64,000 nt of DNA from Macrostomum lignano (taxonomy: Eukaryota), in the NCBI GenBank assembly GCA_002269645.1, contig NIVC01002258.1:124001-188000 (forward strand), given 5' to 3'. Below, piece by piece: positions 12,149-23,000 of this stretch. How positions within the stretch are numbered: position 1 is the stretch's first letter; every line of letters starts with the position of its first letter. The notes beneath the pieces were generated by a model. That model had not been told where the DNA came from. It was given only the letters and a program-made list of their open reading frames with translations, and did no database searches. A program made the translations under genes and the position numbers.

Positions 12149-15100
12149 CTATGGACGGAGGGTTGGCGCCGCCCAGGGAGGTCCCCCAGTGTCGCCAGCA
12201 GCTATGGTGCTCTCTGGAAAGGAGAGTTCAGCCCTGCGGGTGGCCCGAAGGTAGCGCATGAGCTGATTAAAGTTTTCGGGTTTGCACGCTTCAGTAATAG
12301 ATGTGTGTGGCCCGAGGTAAGTGAGTCTGGCCCGCGTGAAGGCGGGACAGATGCTGACGAAATGCTCAGCGGTTTCGTCACCTGAGTTGCAGAAACTACA
12401 GGTGGCGTTGGTGGCGTTGCCCTGCAGGTACTGGTGCCTGGAGAAGCAGCCGTGACCAGAGAGGGTCATGGTGGCAGCCCGGATGTCTCTGCGCGAGAGG
12501 CGCAAGAGGAGCTTCCGGAGCTGGTGAGAGGGCTGAGGGACAGCGCCTCTGGATTGCCTGCAGTTCGTGCGGTTCGCCCAAGTCGAGCGGTGCTGAGTCC
12601 TGATCCACGCTTTGATGCGCGAGTCGATGACACAGCCAGGAATCGGGACAAGAGGTTCGGGGCCGAGAGAGGAGCCGGAGGCACCAACTTTTGCAAGGGT
12701 GTCAGCCAACTCATTTCCTCGGATCCCCACATGCCCCGGAACCCACTTAAGGGTAATTTTGTTGGCGGAACCCAACATGTTGAGGAGTTTGATACAGTCG
12801 AGGACTGTAGCAGAGTTGGTGCTGCAGCCACTGATGGCGTGCAAGGCAGCTTGGCTGTCCGAATGGAAAATGATGTTCTTACCAGTAACGCCAGTGGCGA
12901 GAAGCTCTGCAGTGCAGGAGCTGATGGCCAGAACTTCATTTTGGAAAACACTGGAGTTGACCCCAGTGTATTGAGCGTGGGTAGCGATGACCCTCCCGTT
13001 CAGAAAGATTCCAACACCAAAGCCGGTGTTGGCTGACTGCTTAGAACCGTCGGTGTAGCAATGAAGCTCACCAGGGTTCCATTGGTCATTGATGTTATCG
13101 CGCGAGTCGATAGCTACGGAGTAACGCTGTCTCAGGTTGAGCGTTGGGGCAATGCCATCGGTGAAGACGCGATTGGCCTGACACTCGTTGAGAAAGTTAA
13201 GGCACAGATCGCTATGCGGGACAAGGTTCCGCTTAGCAGGTGCTCTCATGTAAATGAATTTGACGCCGGCATCAATTAGACGCCGCGTCGTTCTAGCCGC
13301 CTCACCCCTGATGAAGAGGTCAAGAGGCGGAAGATTAAGGAAGGCCCCCATGCCAGCAAAGGGCGTGGACCTGGTGGCGTTGCAGATGAGCCTACACGCT
13401 CTGCCTTGGATCGTGTTGAGCAGGTCTGCATGGCTTTTGACCTGGGTAGCGCTAACCCAGACAACAGAGGCGTACGTAATGGCAGGTCTAACTACGGAAG
13501 TATCGATCCACCAAAGCCGCTTTGGGGATAGACCCCAAGAAGTGCCAAGTGCTCGTCGGAGCTGGGCCAGGATGGCTGAGGCACGCTTGGCTTTTGCTTT
13601 CACGTGGGAGGACCAGTTGAGCCGGTGGTCAAGTATGACCCCGAGACATCTGGTCTGGTGCGCGAAGGCAATATCTCTGCCGTAGAGCTGCAGAGGACGT
13701 ATGTTCCAGCGTAGTCTGCTGGTAAACATAATGGCAACGGTTTTGGGCTCAGAGAGTTCCAGACCATTGTCATTGGCCCAGGATTCTGCTTTGCGGATAA
13801 AGCTCTGCATCAGATCCCTGAGCGTGCTGGGAGACGGTCCTGCCACAATGGCCGTGACGTCATCAGCATACCCGACTTTGAAGACGGGGTCGGGTCGGGA
13901 GTCACTCAAAAGAGCGTCCATGACCAGGTTCCAGAGCGTCGGGGTGAGGACTCCGCCTTGGGGTCCACCCTTACAGACTCTGGTGGAGGCAGTTTGCCCA
14001 AGAAGTTGGGCAGTGACCGTACGGTTGGAGATCATGTACATGATCCACCGTATGAGGGTAGCATGAGCTTTGCGATTTTGAAGGGCCCTCTGAAACGCTT
14101 CAAAGATAACGTTGTCGAAGGCGCCAACAATGTCAAGAAAGAGAGCCAGAGCGTAACCGTCACCCAGTACCGCCCTTTCAATCTTCTCGACAATCGCATG
14201 CAAGGCGCTGTCAGTCGACCTCCCAGTACGGAAGGCGTGCTGATTATTGCTGAGGGGCATCGCTGTCAGCTCGCAGGACAGCAGCCGCCAGAGAATAAGC
14301 CTCTCAGTGAGCTTAAGCATTGCTGACGTTAAGCTAATAGGCCGGAAGGCCTTGACGCTTTGGTAGTCGCCCTTCCCAGGTTTGGGAATAAAGACTACCC
14401 GAGCTTCAGTCCAGCATTTGGGAACGTATCCCAGCTGGATAGAGGCCCGCATAAGATTGCGGGTGAGTCTCAGGAACGAGGGTATCTTGGCTGCTTCACG
14501 AAGGAGAACAGGGTAGATACCATCAGGTCCAGGAGATTTTAAGGGTTTGAAGGTTCTGACCGCACGAGCGATTAGGTCTTCAGTGACAATGCCCGCCGCT
14601 AGGGTGGCTCCATCCATCGAATGGTTGGGCTCCGGTCTAGCAGTAGGTACCCTCGGGAAGAATGTGCTAAGCATATGCTGAAGCACTTCTTCAGGGTCTT
14701 TAGTAAGAGAGCCATCATCTTTTTTGATCATGGCTAATTTGGACATTTTGTCCATTGTAAGGGCCTTGACAAGCCTAGAAGTAGGTCTGTCTTGATCCAA
14801 TTCATTGCAGAATTGGCGCCACTTACATTCCTTGGCCTTGCGCACTTCAGATTTGAAATTGCGGGAGGCTTGCCGGAAAAGCTCCATGTCCTCCGGGTTT
14901 CCGGTCTTCATGGCACGGCGATGAAGGCTTTTGGCCTTCCGCCTGAGTTTCCCCAGCTCCGGGTTCCACCACGGCGCCGAGGTCTTGCCTTTGTAGGCGC
15001 GAGCAGGACAAGCCGCTTCGTAGGCTTCAATAATGCAACCTGTCAGCGTCTCAGCCATATGATCCACATCCTCGCAGGTCTCAATCGGACGTGAGTCCGT

Positions 15101-15889
15101 GAGTTCCTGCAGGTGCAGATCAAGGGCAGCCTTGTAGGCCGCCCAATCAGTGTTGCGGATATTGCGTCTCCAAGTGATCGGAGACTGGGTTTTAGTGTCC
15201 GCGATGTTAAAGGCGATAAAGCAGTGGTCAGACAGGGAGGGCTCCTCAGACCAGACTCTCCACTCCTCAACTCTGTCAAAGAGTCTTGGGGTAACGAGTG
15301 TGGCGTCGAGGACCTCAGTCCATCTGCCATTATTAAAGGTAGGAGTGCTGCCGCGGTTGCAGAGCATGAGGTTTGTGTTAGAGATGAGGGCCAGAAGCTC
15401 CTCTCCTCTAGTGTTGGTATCTTTGCTGCCCCAGTGCTTGTGGTGCGCGTTGAGGTCGCCCCCTAAGCACAGCTCAGCGTTCTGGGACTCGCAGTACTGC
15501 GCGAGGCGCAGTAAACTCTCAGGAGCAGGGTCTCTGTCGCCTGGGATATAAACCGAGGCAACAAGACACGTACGCGGAGAGAAATGATTAGATTGGATGA
15601 CGCAAAGGTCTCCATCAGAAAGATCAGTCCTCAGCCAAGCCTGGAGATGGCTAGCAGCGAGGATAGCCGCTCTAGGGCGACTGTTCCCCGGGCCACACAC
15701 ATAAAAATCAGAGTAGCCAGAGGGAATGTTGGGCAACTTACCGTTGCGCATCTAGGGTTCCTGGATCAGGATGAGGCCTGGCCTGTACAGCTCAGCAATC
15801 TTCATCAGATTTACTGACGCAGATACGCAATGCTGTAAATTAATTTGCAGACAGAATGTCGCTCCTTTGGCAGCCTGGAGCTTAGTCAT
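12149..15889 (-). CDS. Retrotransposon ORF2 (endonuclease, reverse transcriptase, RNase H) with one in-frame TAG at 15752-15754
   Basis: LQINLQHC...LILIQEP* (APE N-terminus), GGDLNAHH, SDHCFI, PGPDGI, FRPISL, GGPQGGVLTPTLW, GYADDV, YTDGSK, HSDSQAA, WVPGHVG, CSFC..ETAEH...C. The ORF track starts after the stop, at 15751. Confidence 0.92.
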
Positions 15890-17039
15890 ACTGTATTAAA
15901 TGCAATTTCTGGCTAGAGCCCAGGGCCATCAAGGAGACTTGGACAACAGATCGTCCTCGTCCTCGGCGCATCTTGAGCTTGAGGGCACCCAGCTGGAAAG
16001 AGGATCCATTAGGGTACCGACTCGCCCAAGTGCTGGAAAGGCCGAGGACAATTGAGTTGCCCGTCTCCCCCCTGCGGACTTTACGGTGATACACCAGTCC
16101 ACTAGCAGGGAGGTCGGGGTTCAGACGCAGTAGGACCCGGCGAATAACGTCTGGTCCAGCTGCGGTGCTCTTAGCAGGGACGAAAACCACATAGGGTATC
16201 GTCTTTGGACGCTGGCCCTCGCGAAGAAAAAGAGCTCCGCCAAGGTCAGCATCCAAGGAGACCGTCGGTAGCCGCTGGAGCAGCCGCCGAGCGTCCTCCT
16301 CGCTGCTAGGAGCAATAAGAACGAATGTGCTTCGCAGCACCATCCGCTCAATGCCGATGGAGATTCCCTCCTCGACAGTCAGCTCAATCAGATAGGAGTC
16401 AACAGCACTCCACACTTTTTGAAGCTGATCAGTGGTCCAGTCCTGGTCGCGACCTTGGATGATCACTCCCGGGATTTTGGCCTTGGCCTTCGCCGCAAAG
16501 GTAGCTCCCGAAGGAACCTCCTTGTTGGCAGTGGCCATTTGTTGCGCCGTGGTTTCGGCCTCAGCAGCCGCAGCAGCATCTCCAGGGAGCGCCGCCGCTG
16601 AACTACCGGAGCTTCCACCGGCCGGCCCGTCTGGTTGCCTTGGGACGCCAGTCGCTTCAGCATCCATGGTGGACGCCGCCGCTTTGGCCCCCGCAGCTCC
16701 CTTCTTGGCCTGCCTTTTGGCGCGTTGTTTAGCGCGTTTGCGCTCAAGCCGAGCCCGCTGAGCTTCGTCGGATCTGCCAGATTTGGCCGGTCCTTTAGGC
16801 TCAGAGCTCGCGGTTCCCTTAGATCCACCAGCGGAGCTGGCAGGTCTTTGGGTATTTTGAGTTTGGTAGCTCTGGTCGGATCTGCCAGCAGAGCCAGCCG
16901 GTCCTTCCTTTGCCACAGTTGAATCAGTCGGTTGGGATCTGCCAGCAGGGCCGGCCGGTCCTTCGGACTGAGGTTGGGGTTTAGAAGGGTCCCCGTCCCT
17001 AGAAATAGCTTGTTTATCCATAGACGGCTCGAAGGCCAT
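15882..17039 (-). CDS. Retrotransposon ORF1 (basic N-terminus, DUF4780-like)
   Basis: Open frame from ATG 17039 (GTG at 17096). Basic RKRAKQRAKRQAKK stretch and VFVP...IRRVLLRLNPDL, similar to LOA/Baggins ORF1. Its stop overlaps the ORF2 ATG (ATGACTAA). Confidence 0.8.
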   Translation of the reverse strand: MAFEPSMDKQAISRDGDPSKPQPQSEGPAGPAGRSQPTDSTVAKEGPAGSAGRSDQSYQTQNTQRPASSAGGSKGTASSEPKGPAKSGRSDEAQRARLERKRAKQRAKRQAKKGAAGAKAAASTMDAEATGVPRQPDGPAGGSSGSSAAALPGDAAAAAEAETTAQQMATANKEVPSGATFAAKAKAKIPGVIIQGRDQDWTTDQLQKVWSAVDSYLIELTVEEGISIGIERMVLRSTFVLIAPSSEEDARRLLQRLPTVSLDADLGGALFLREGQRPKTIPYVVFVPAKSTAAGPDVIRRVLLRLNPDLPASGLVYHRKVRRGETGNSIVLGLSSTWASRYPNGSSFQLGALKLKMRRGRGRSVVQVSLMALGSSQKLHLIQYD

Positions 17040-17317
17040 GATAGAAGGTTGGTGGGCTACCCTCAAAGGGGCGCGGTACCCACCCGGCCGCTCCACCTGA
17101 CCGGGCAGTAGGCCAATAGCACCCTCAAGGCTGGCCCGACACCAGGAGGGGGACCGCTTGCGACCGGACTACTCCCCGGCCTTCCAGCCCATCGGCACGG
17201 TCAACACCTTAGGCATTAGAGAGTACGTTGAGCAGTACCACAGCCTGCAGGTTGGCGAGCCAGACCCGCATACCCAAATTCGGCCGAAGCCACTGGATAG
17301 GGTCGCCAGCGCCGGAG

Positions 17318-17555
17318 CCCAGTCTGTCCAGCAGCCCTAGGGACTGCCTTGAACACACGCGGGGACGAGTACCCTGGGTCGACTTGCGAGACAGCGTGGG
17401 GGGGTCTGCGGCTGCCAGAGGCAAATAGAGGGTGCAGACCTCCCACCAGCCTTGACCTGCTGAAGATAGGGGCAGGCGTGAAGCATCGCAGACCTTAGCC
17501 CATGGGCCTAGTCTGTCTCATACTTCACTGGCATGCTGAATACGCCTTCGCGTGC
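17318..17555 (-). ncRNA. HDV-like self-cleaving ribozyme at the retrotransposon 5' end
   Basis: Minus strand: P1 GCACGCG (17555-17549) pairs with CGCGTGT (17361-17355) with a G1-U wobble. P3 GGG/CCC. L3 TACTCGT. P1.1 A-U and C-G. J1.1/4 TCAA. P4 GCAGTCC-cta-GGGCTGC. J4/2 CAGAC (C at 17326). P2 CCCA/TGGG. Confidence 0.72.
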
Positions 17556-17903
17556 CTCTCACTGTCTCTCTTGCTGCTAGACTCTCACTGTCCCCCTTGC
17601 TGCTAGACTCTGACTGTCTCCCTTGCTGCTAGACTCTCACTGTCTCTCTTGCTGCTAGACTCACTGTCTCTCTTGCTGCTAGACTCTCACTGTCCCCCTT
17701 GCTGCTAGACTCTGACTGTCTCCCTTGCTGCTAGACTCTCACTGTCTCTCTTGCTGCTAGACTCTCACTGTCTCTCTTGCTGCTAGACTCTCACTGTCTC
17801 CCTTGCTGCTAGACTCTCACTGTCTCTCTTGCTGCTAGACTCTCACTGTCTCCCTTGCTGCTAGACTCTCACTGTCTCCCTGGCTGCTAGACTCTCACTG
17901 TCC
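17556..17903. repeat. 23-26-bp minisatellite, right part (same unit as 11084-12052)
   Basis: Same unit continues after the element's 5' junction. Confidence 0.95.
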
Positions 17904-18493
17904 CTGGTTTCGCTGGTTTCTCAGGCCAGTTCCAGGCCAGTGCAATAGCTGTTGGTGTTGGATTTCATTAGCTTATTTTTTTCTATTCAGTTCGCACTGC
18001 TGGCTAAGTGGCTGACCCAAGGTATGCTGAAACTCTCTGCTTTTTCTGTAGTGAGCTTTTGTTTAGTCTGTTTTATTTAATATGCGTAGAAGACTTGCGC
18101 CATTAGACCAGCTCTGGCAGTCTGGCTGTAAACAGAAAATTCTCTTCTCTCTCTTTCTAGTCTTGCCTCTTATTCTATTTATTTTATTTTTTCTTGGAGC
18201 CCAGCCCAGCGCACAGTAAAGTCAATTGCATTGCATTTTATGAATCCAGCGCTTTGCTTCATTGCCACGCGTTTCGGGGTTTTAAAGGCTGCAAATAATT
18301 TTTTGAGTTAACCAGCAACGTCATAAACAATGGTTGGTACGCATTGTAAATAAGTTTCCTTAATTGTATTTTTACGATAAATATTTAAAACACTTGGATG
18401 TCGAAAAAAAGTTTATGCAGTCCAATAAAAGAATAATTGTATATAGTTAGTATCGATTCGCATTGATTGATTGAGTGAAATTGACACTTCCAG

Positions 18494-18707
18494 AATTGAC
18501 GAGCAGCAGCACCAGCGTCAGCAGCCGGTTCCCGATGCTGCGAGTTCCGATTCAGCTTCCGGTTCCACAACCGACGACTCCTCTGATTCCACCGCTGGCG
18601 GAGGCGACGCCAGTCAAAAGTTGTGCCTCACTGAGCAGCTTATTAAAGCCTGCGACACTTTTGCTACCTGGCACGAGGACTCAACTACCATTTCTGCTAG
18701 GGATTTG
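18494..18707 (+). CDS. KANK: KANK coding exon 3
   Basis: Acceptor cttccag|a, donor ttg|gtgagc. Ser/Asp-rich stretch then LCLTEQLIKACDTF, matching the KANK pre-ankyrin 'LSEKMLSAC..L' region. Confidence 0.9.
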
Positions 18708-18789
18708 GTGAGCATAGTACTTGCGTCTGTGATGGAGTTCAGCTTGTCCTTTTAGATCTGTCTATGGCATTGAACTTGTTTTGGATCCT

Positions 18790-19812
18790 GAGACCCAATG
18801 GAATTCATGACTCATTGAGCTCTATGACCCAATGGCATTCATGACTCATTGAGATCGATGACCCAATGGCATTTATGACTCATTGAGATCTATGACCCAA
18901 TGGCATTTATGACTCGTTGAGATCTGTGACCCAATGGCATTCACGACTCATTGAGAACTATGACCCAATGGCATTTATGACTCATTGAGATCTATGACTC
19001 AATGGCATTTATGACCCATTGAGATCTATGACTGAATGGCATTCATGACTCATTGAGATCTGTGACTCAATGGCATTTATGACTCATTGAGATCTGTGAC
19101 CCAATGGCATTCACGACTCATTGAGATCTATGACCCAATGGCATTTATGACTCATTGAGATCTATGACCCAATGGAATTTATGACTCATTGAGATCTGTG
19201 ACCCAATGGCATTCACGACTCATTGAGATCTATGACCCAATGGCATTTATGACTCATTGAGATCTATGACTCAATGGCATTTATGACCCATTGAGATCTA
19301 TGACTGAATGGCATTCATGACTCATTGAGATCTGTGACTCAATGGCATTTATGACTCGTTGAGATCTGTGACCCAATGGCATTCACGACTCATTGAGAAC
19401 TATGACCCAATGGCATTTATGACTCATTGAGATCTGTAACTCAATGGAATTTAAGACTCATTGAGATCTATTACTGAATGGCATCTATGACTCATTGAGA
19501 TCTATGACTGAATGACATCTATGACTCAATGAGATCTATGACTGAATGGCATCTATGACCCATTGAGATCTATGACTGAATGGCATCTATGACCCATTGA
19601 GATCTATGACTGAATGGCATCTATGACCCATTGAGATCTATGACTGAATGGCATCTATGACCCATTGAGATCTATTACTGAATGGCATCTATGACTCATT
19701 GAGATCTATGACTGAATGGCATCTATGACCCATTGAGATCTATGACTGAATGGCATCTATGACCCATTGAGATCTATGACTGAATGGCATCTATGACCCA
19801 TTGAGATCTATT
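18790..19812. repeat. 34-bp minisatellite (atgacccaatggcatttatgactcattgagatct) filling KANK intron 3
   Basis: Tandem units. The variant type shifts along the array. Confidence 0.95.
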
Positions 19813-19881
19813 ACTTACTGTCAGAGCTGGCTTATTGTCCTCAAATTTCATACCGCAAACTCGCCTTTCTCACTGCACCAG

Positions 19882-20025
19882 AACGAAGCCCTCGCCGTCG
19901 TGAAGGCCGAATGGTTCCGTCTGTGCTGCAATCGGCCAGTAAACGAGGTGACCGACTTCATGGACCGCGTTGGGGCCAGGTCGACTCAACTGCTGGAGAA
20001 AATGGTCAACTTCTCTGACGAAAAT
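19882..20025 (+). CDS. KANK: KANK coding exon 4
   Basis: Acceptor gcaccag|aac, donor aat|gtgagc. KAEWFRLCC...LLEKMVNFSDEN aligns with KANK 'QHEWFRVSS...LRYVINLADGN'. Confidence 0.93.
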
Positions 20026-20091
20026 GTGAGCAAGTTAACTCCTGTCTACCTTAGATCTCATCGCATCGAAAATTCCACGAAATTGTTGCAA

Positions 20092-23000
20092 TATCATCCA
20101 GTAATATTTGAAATCCCACCCAGTAATAATTGAAATTCCACCCAGTAATAATTGAAATCCCACCCAGTAAGAATTGAAATCCCATCCAGTAATAACTGAA
20201 ATCCCATCCAGTAATATTTGAAATCCCATCCAGTAATACTTGAAACCCCATCCATCCAGTAATAATTGAAATCCCATCCAGTAATATTTGAAATCCCATC
20301 CAGTAATAATTAAAATCCCATCCAGTAATATTTGAAACCCCATCCATCCAGTAATAATTGAAATCCCATCCAGTAGTAATTGAAATCCCATCCAGTAATA
20401 ATTGAAATCCCACCCAGTAAGAATTGAAATCCCATCCAGTAATAACTGAAATCCCATCCAGTAATATTTGAAATCCCATCCAGTAATACTTGAAACCCCA
20501 TCCATCCAGTAATAATTGAAATCCCATCCAGTAATAATTGAAATCCCATCCAGTAATATTTGAAATCCAATCCAGTAATATTTAAAATCCCATCCAGTAA
20601 TACTTGAAACCCCATCCAGTAGTAATTGAAATCCCATCCAGTAATAATTGAAATCCCACCCAGTAAGAATTGAAATCCCATCCAGTAATAACTGAAATCC
20701 CATCCAGTAATATTTGAAATCCCACCCAGTAATATTTGAAATCCCATCCAGTAGTAATTGAAATCCCATCCAGTAATAATTGAAATCCCATCCAGTAATA
20801 TTTGAAATCCAATCCAGTAATATTTGAAATCCCATCCAGTAATACTTGAAACCCCATCCATCCAGTAATAATTGAAATCCCATCCAGTAATATTTGAAAT
20901 CCCATCCAGTAATAATTAAAATCCCATCCAGTAATATTTGAAACCCCATCCATCCAGTAATAATTGAAATCCCATCCAGTAATATTTGAAATCCCATCCA
21001 GTAATATTTGAAATCCCACCCAGTAATATTTGAAATCCCATCCAGTAGTAATTGAAATCCCATCCAGTAATAATTGAAATCCCACCCAGTAAGAATTGAA
21101 ATCCCATCCAGTAATAACTGAAATCCCATCCAGTAATATTTGAAATCCCACCCAGTAATAATTGAAATCCCACCCAGTAAGAATTGAAATCCCATCCAGT
21201 AATAACTGAAATCCCATCCAGTAATATTTGAAATCCCACCCAGTAATAATTGAAATTCCACCCAGTAATAATTGAAATCCCACCCAGTAATAATTGAAAT
21301 CCCATCCAGTAATATTTGAAATCCCACCCAGTAATATTTGAAATCCCATCCAGTAGTAATTGAAATCCCATCCAGTAATAATTGAAATCCCACCCAGTAA
21401 GAATTGAAATCCCATCCAGTAATAACTGAAATCCCATCCAGTAATATTTGAAATCCCACCCAGTAATATTTGAAATCCCATCCAGTAATAATTGAAATCC
21501 CATCCAGTAATATTTGAAATCCCATCCAGTAATATTTGAAATCCCATCCAGTAATACTTGAAACCCCATCCATCCAGTAATAATTGAAATCCCATCCAGT
21601 AATATTTGAAATCCCATCCAGTAATATTTGAAATCCCATCCAGTAATAATTAAAATCCCATCCAGTAATATTTGAAACCCCATCCATCCAGTAATAATTG
21701 AAATCCCATCCAGTAATATTTGAAATCCCATCCAGTAATATTTGAAATCCCATCCAGTAATAATTGAAATCCCATCCAGTAATATTTGAAATCCCATCCA
21801 GTAATACTTGAAACCCCATCCATCCAGTAATAATTGAAATCCCATCCAGTAATATTTGAAATCCCATCCAGTAATAATTAAAATCCCATCCAGTAATATT
21901 TGAAACCCCATCCATCCAGTAATAATTGAAATCCCATCCAGTAATATTTGAAATCCCATCCAGTAATATTTGAAATCCCATCCAGTAATAATTGAAATCC
22001 CATCCAGTAATATTTGAAACCCCATCCAGTAATACTTGAAACCCCATCCATCCAGTAATAATTGAAATCCCATCCAGAAATAATTGAAATCCCATCCAGT
22101 AAATTTAAAATCCCATCCAGTAATATTTTAAATCCCATCCAATAATAATTGAAATCCCATCCAGTAATATTTGAAATCCCATCCAGTAATAATTGAAATC
22201 CCATCCAGTAACATTTAAAATCCCATCCAGTAATATTTGAAATCCCATCCAGTAATATTTGAAATCCCATCCAGTAACATTTGAAACCCATCCAGTAATA
22301 CTTGAAACCCATCCATCCAGTAATAATTGAAATCCCATCCAGTAAAATTTAAAATCCCATCCAGTAATATTTGAAATCCCATCCAGTAATAATTAAAATC
22401 CCATCCAGTAACATTTGAAATCCCACCCAGTAATAATTGAAATCCCATCCAGTAATAATGAAATCCCATCCAGTAATATTTTAAATACCATCCAGTAATA
22501 TTTGAAATCCATCCAGTAATAATTGAAATCCCACCCAGTAATAATTGAAATCCCACCCAGTAATAATTGAAATCCCATCCAGTAATAATTGAAATCCCAC
22601 CAGTAATATTTGAAATCCCATCCAGTAATAATTGAAATCCCACCAGTAATAATTGAAATCCCACCCAGTAATAATTGAAATCCCATCCAGTAATATTTGA
22701 AATCCCATCCAGTAATAATTAAAATCCCACCCAGTAATATTTGAAATCCCATCCAGTAATAATTGAAATCCCACCCAGTAATAATTGAAATCCCACCCAG
22801 TAATAATTGAAATCCCATCCAGTAATAATTGAAATCCCACCCAGTAATATTTGAAATCCCATCCAGTAATAATTGAAATCCCATCCAGTAATAATTGAAA
22901 TCCCACCAGTAATAATTGAAATCCCACCAGTAATAATTGAAATCCCATCCAGTAATATTTGAAATCCCATCCAGTAATAATTGAAATCCCACCCAGTAAT

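Larger units (their letters stand above)
12053..17555 (-). mobile_element. Full-length non-LTR retrotransposon, LOA-clade-like (ORF1 + APE-RT-RNase H ORF2)
   Basis: Two ORFs, a 5' UTR and a 3' tail ...CTGCAGCTAAGTCAAGTAAGTCA. 14-bp TSD ctctcactgtctct at 12039-12052 and 17556-17569. Domain order APE-RT-RNase H-CCHC plus a DUF4780-like ORF1 fits the LOA clade. Confidence 0.92.

Noticed and set aside
12434-15817. Plus-strand ORFs overlapping the retrotransposon
   Set aside because: Antisense shadows of the GC-rich ORF2, with no recognisable motifs.
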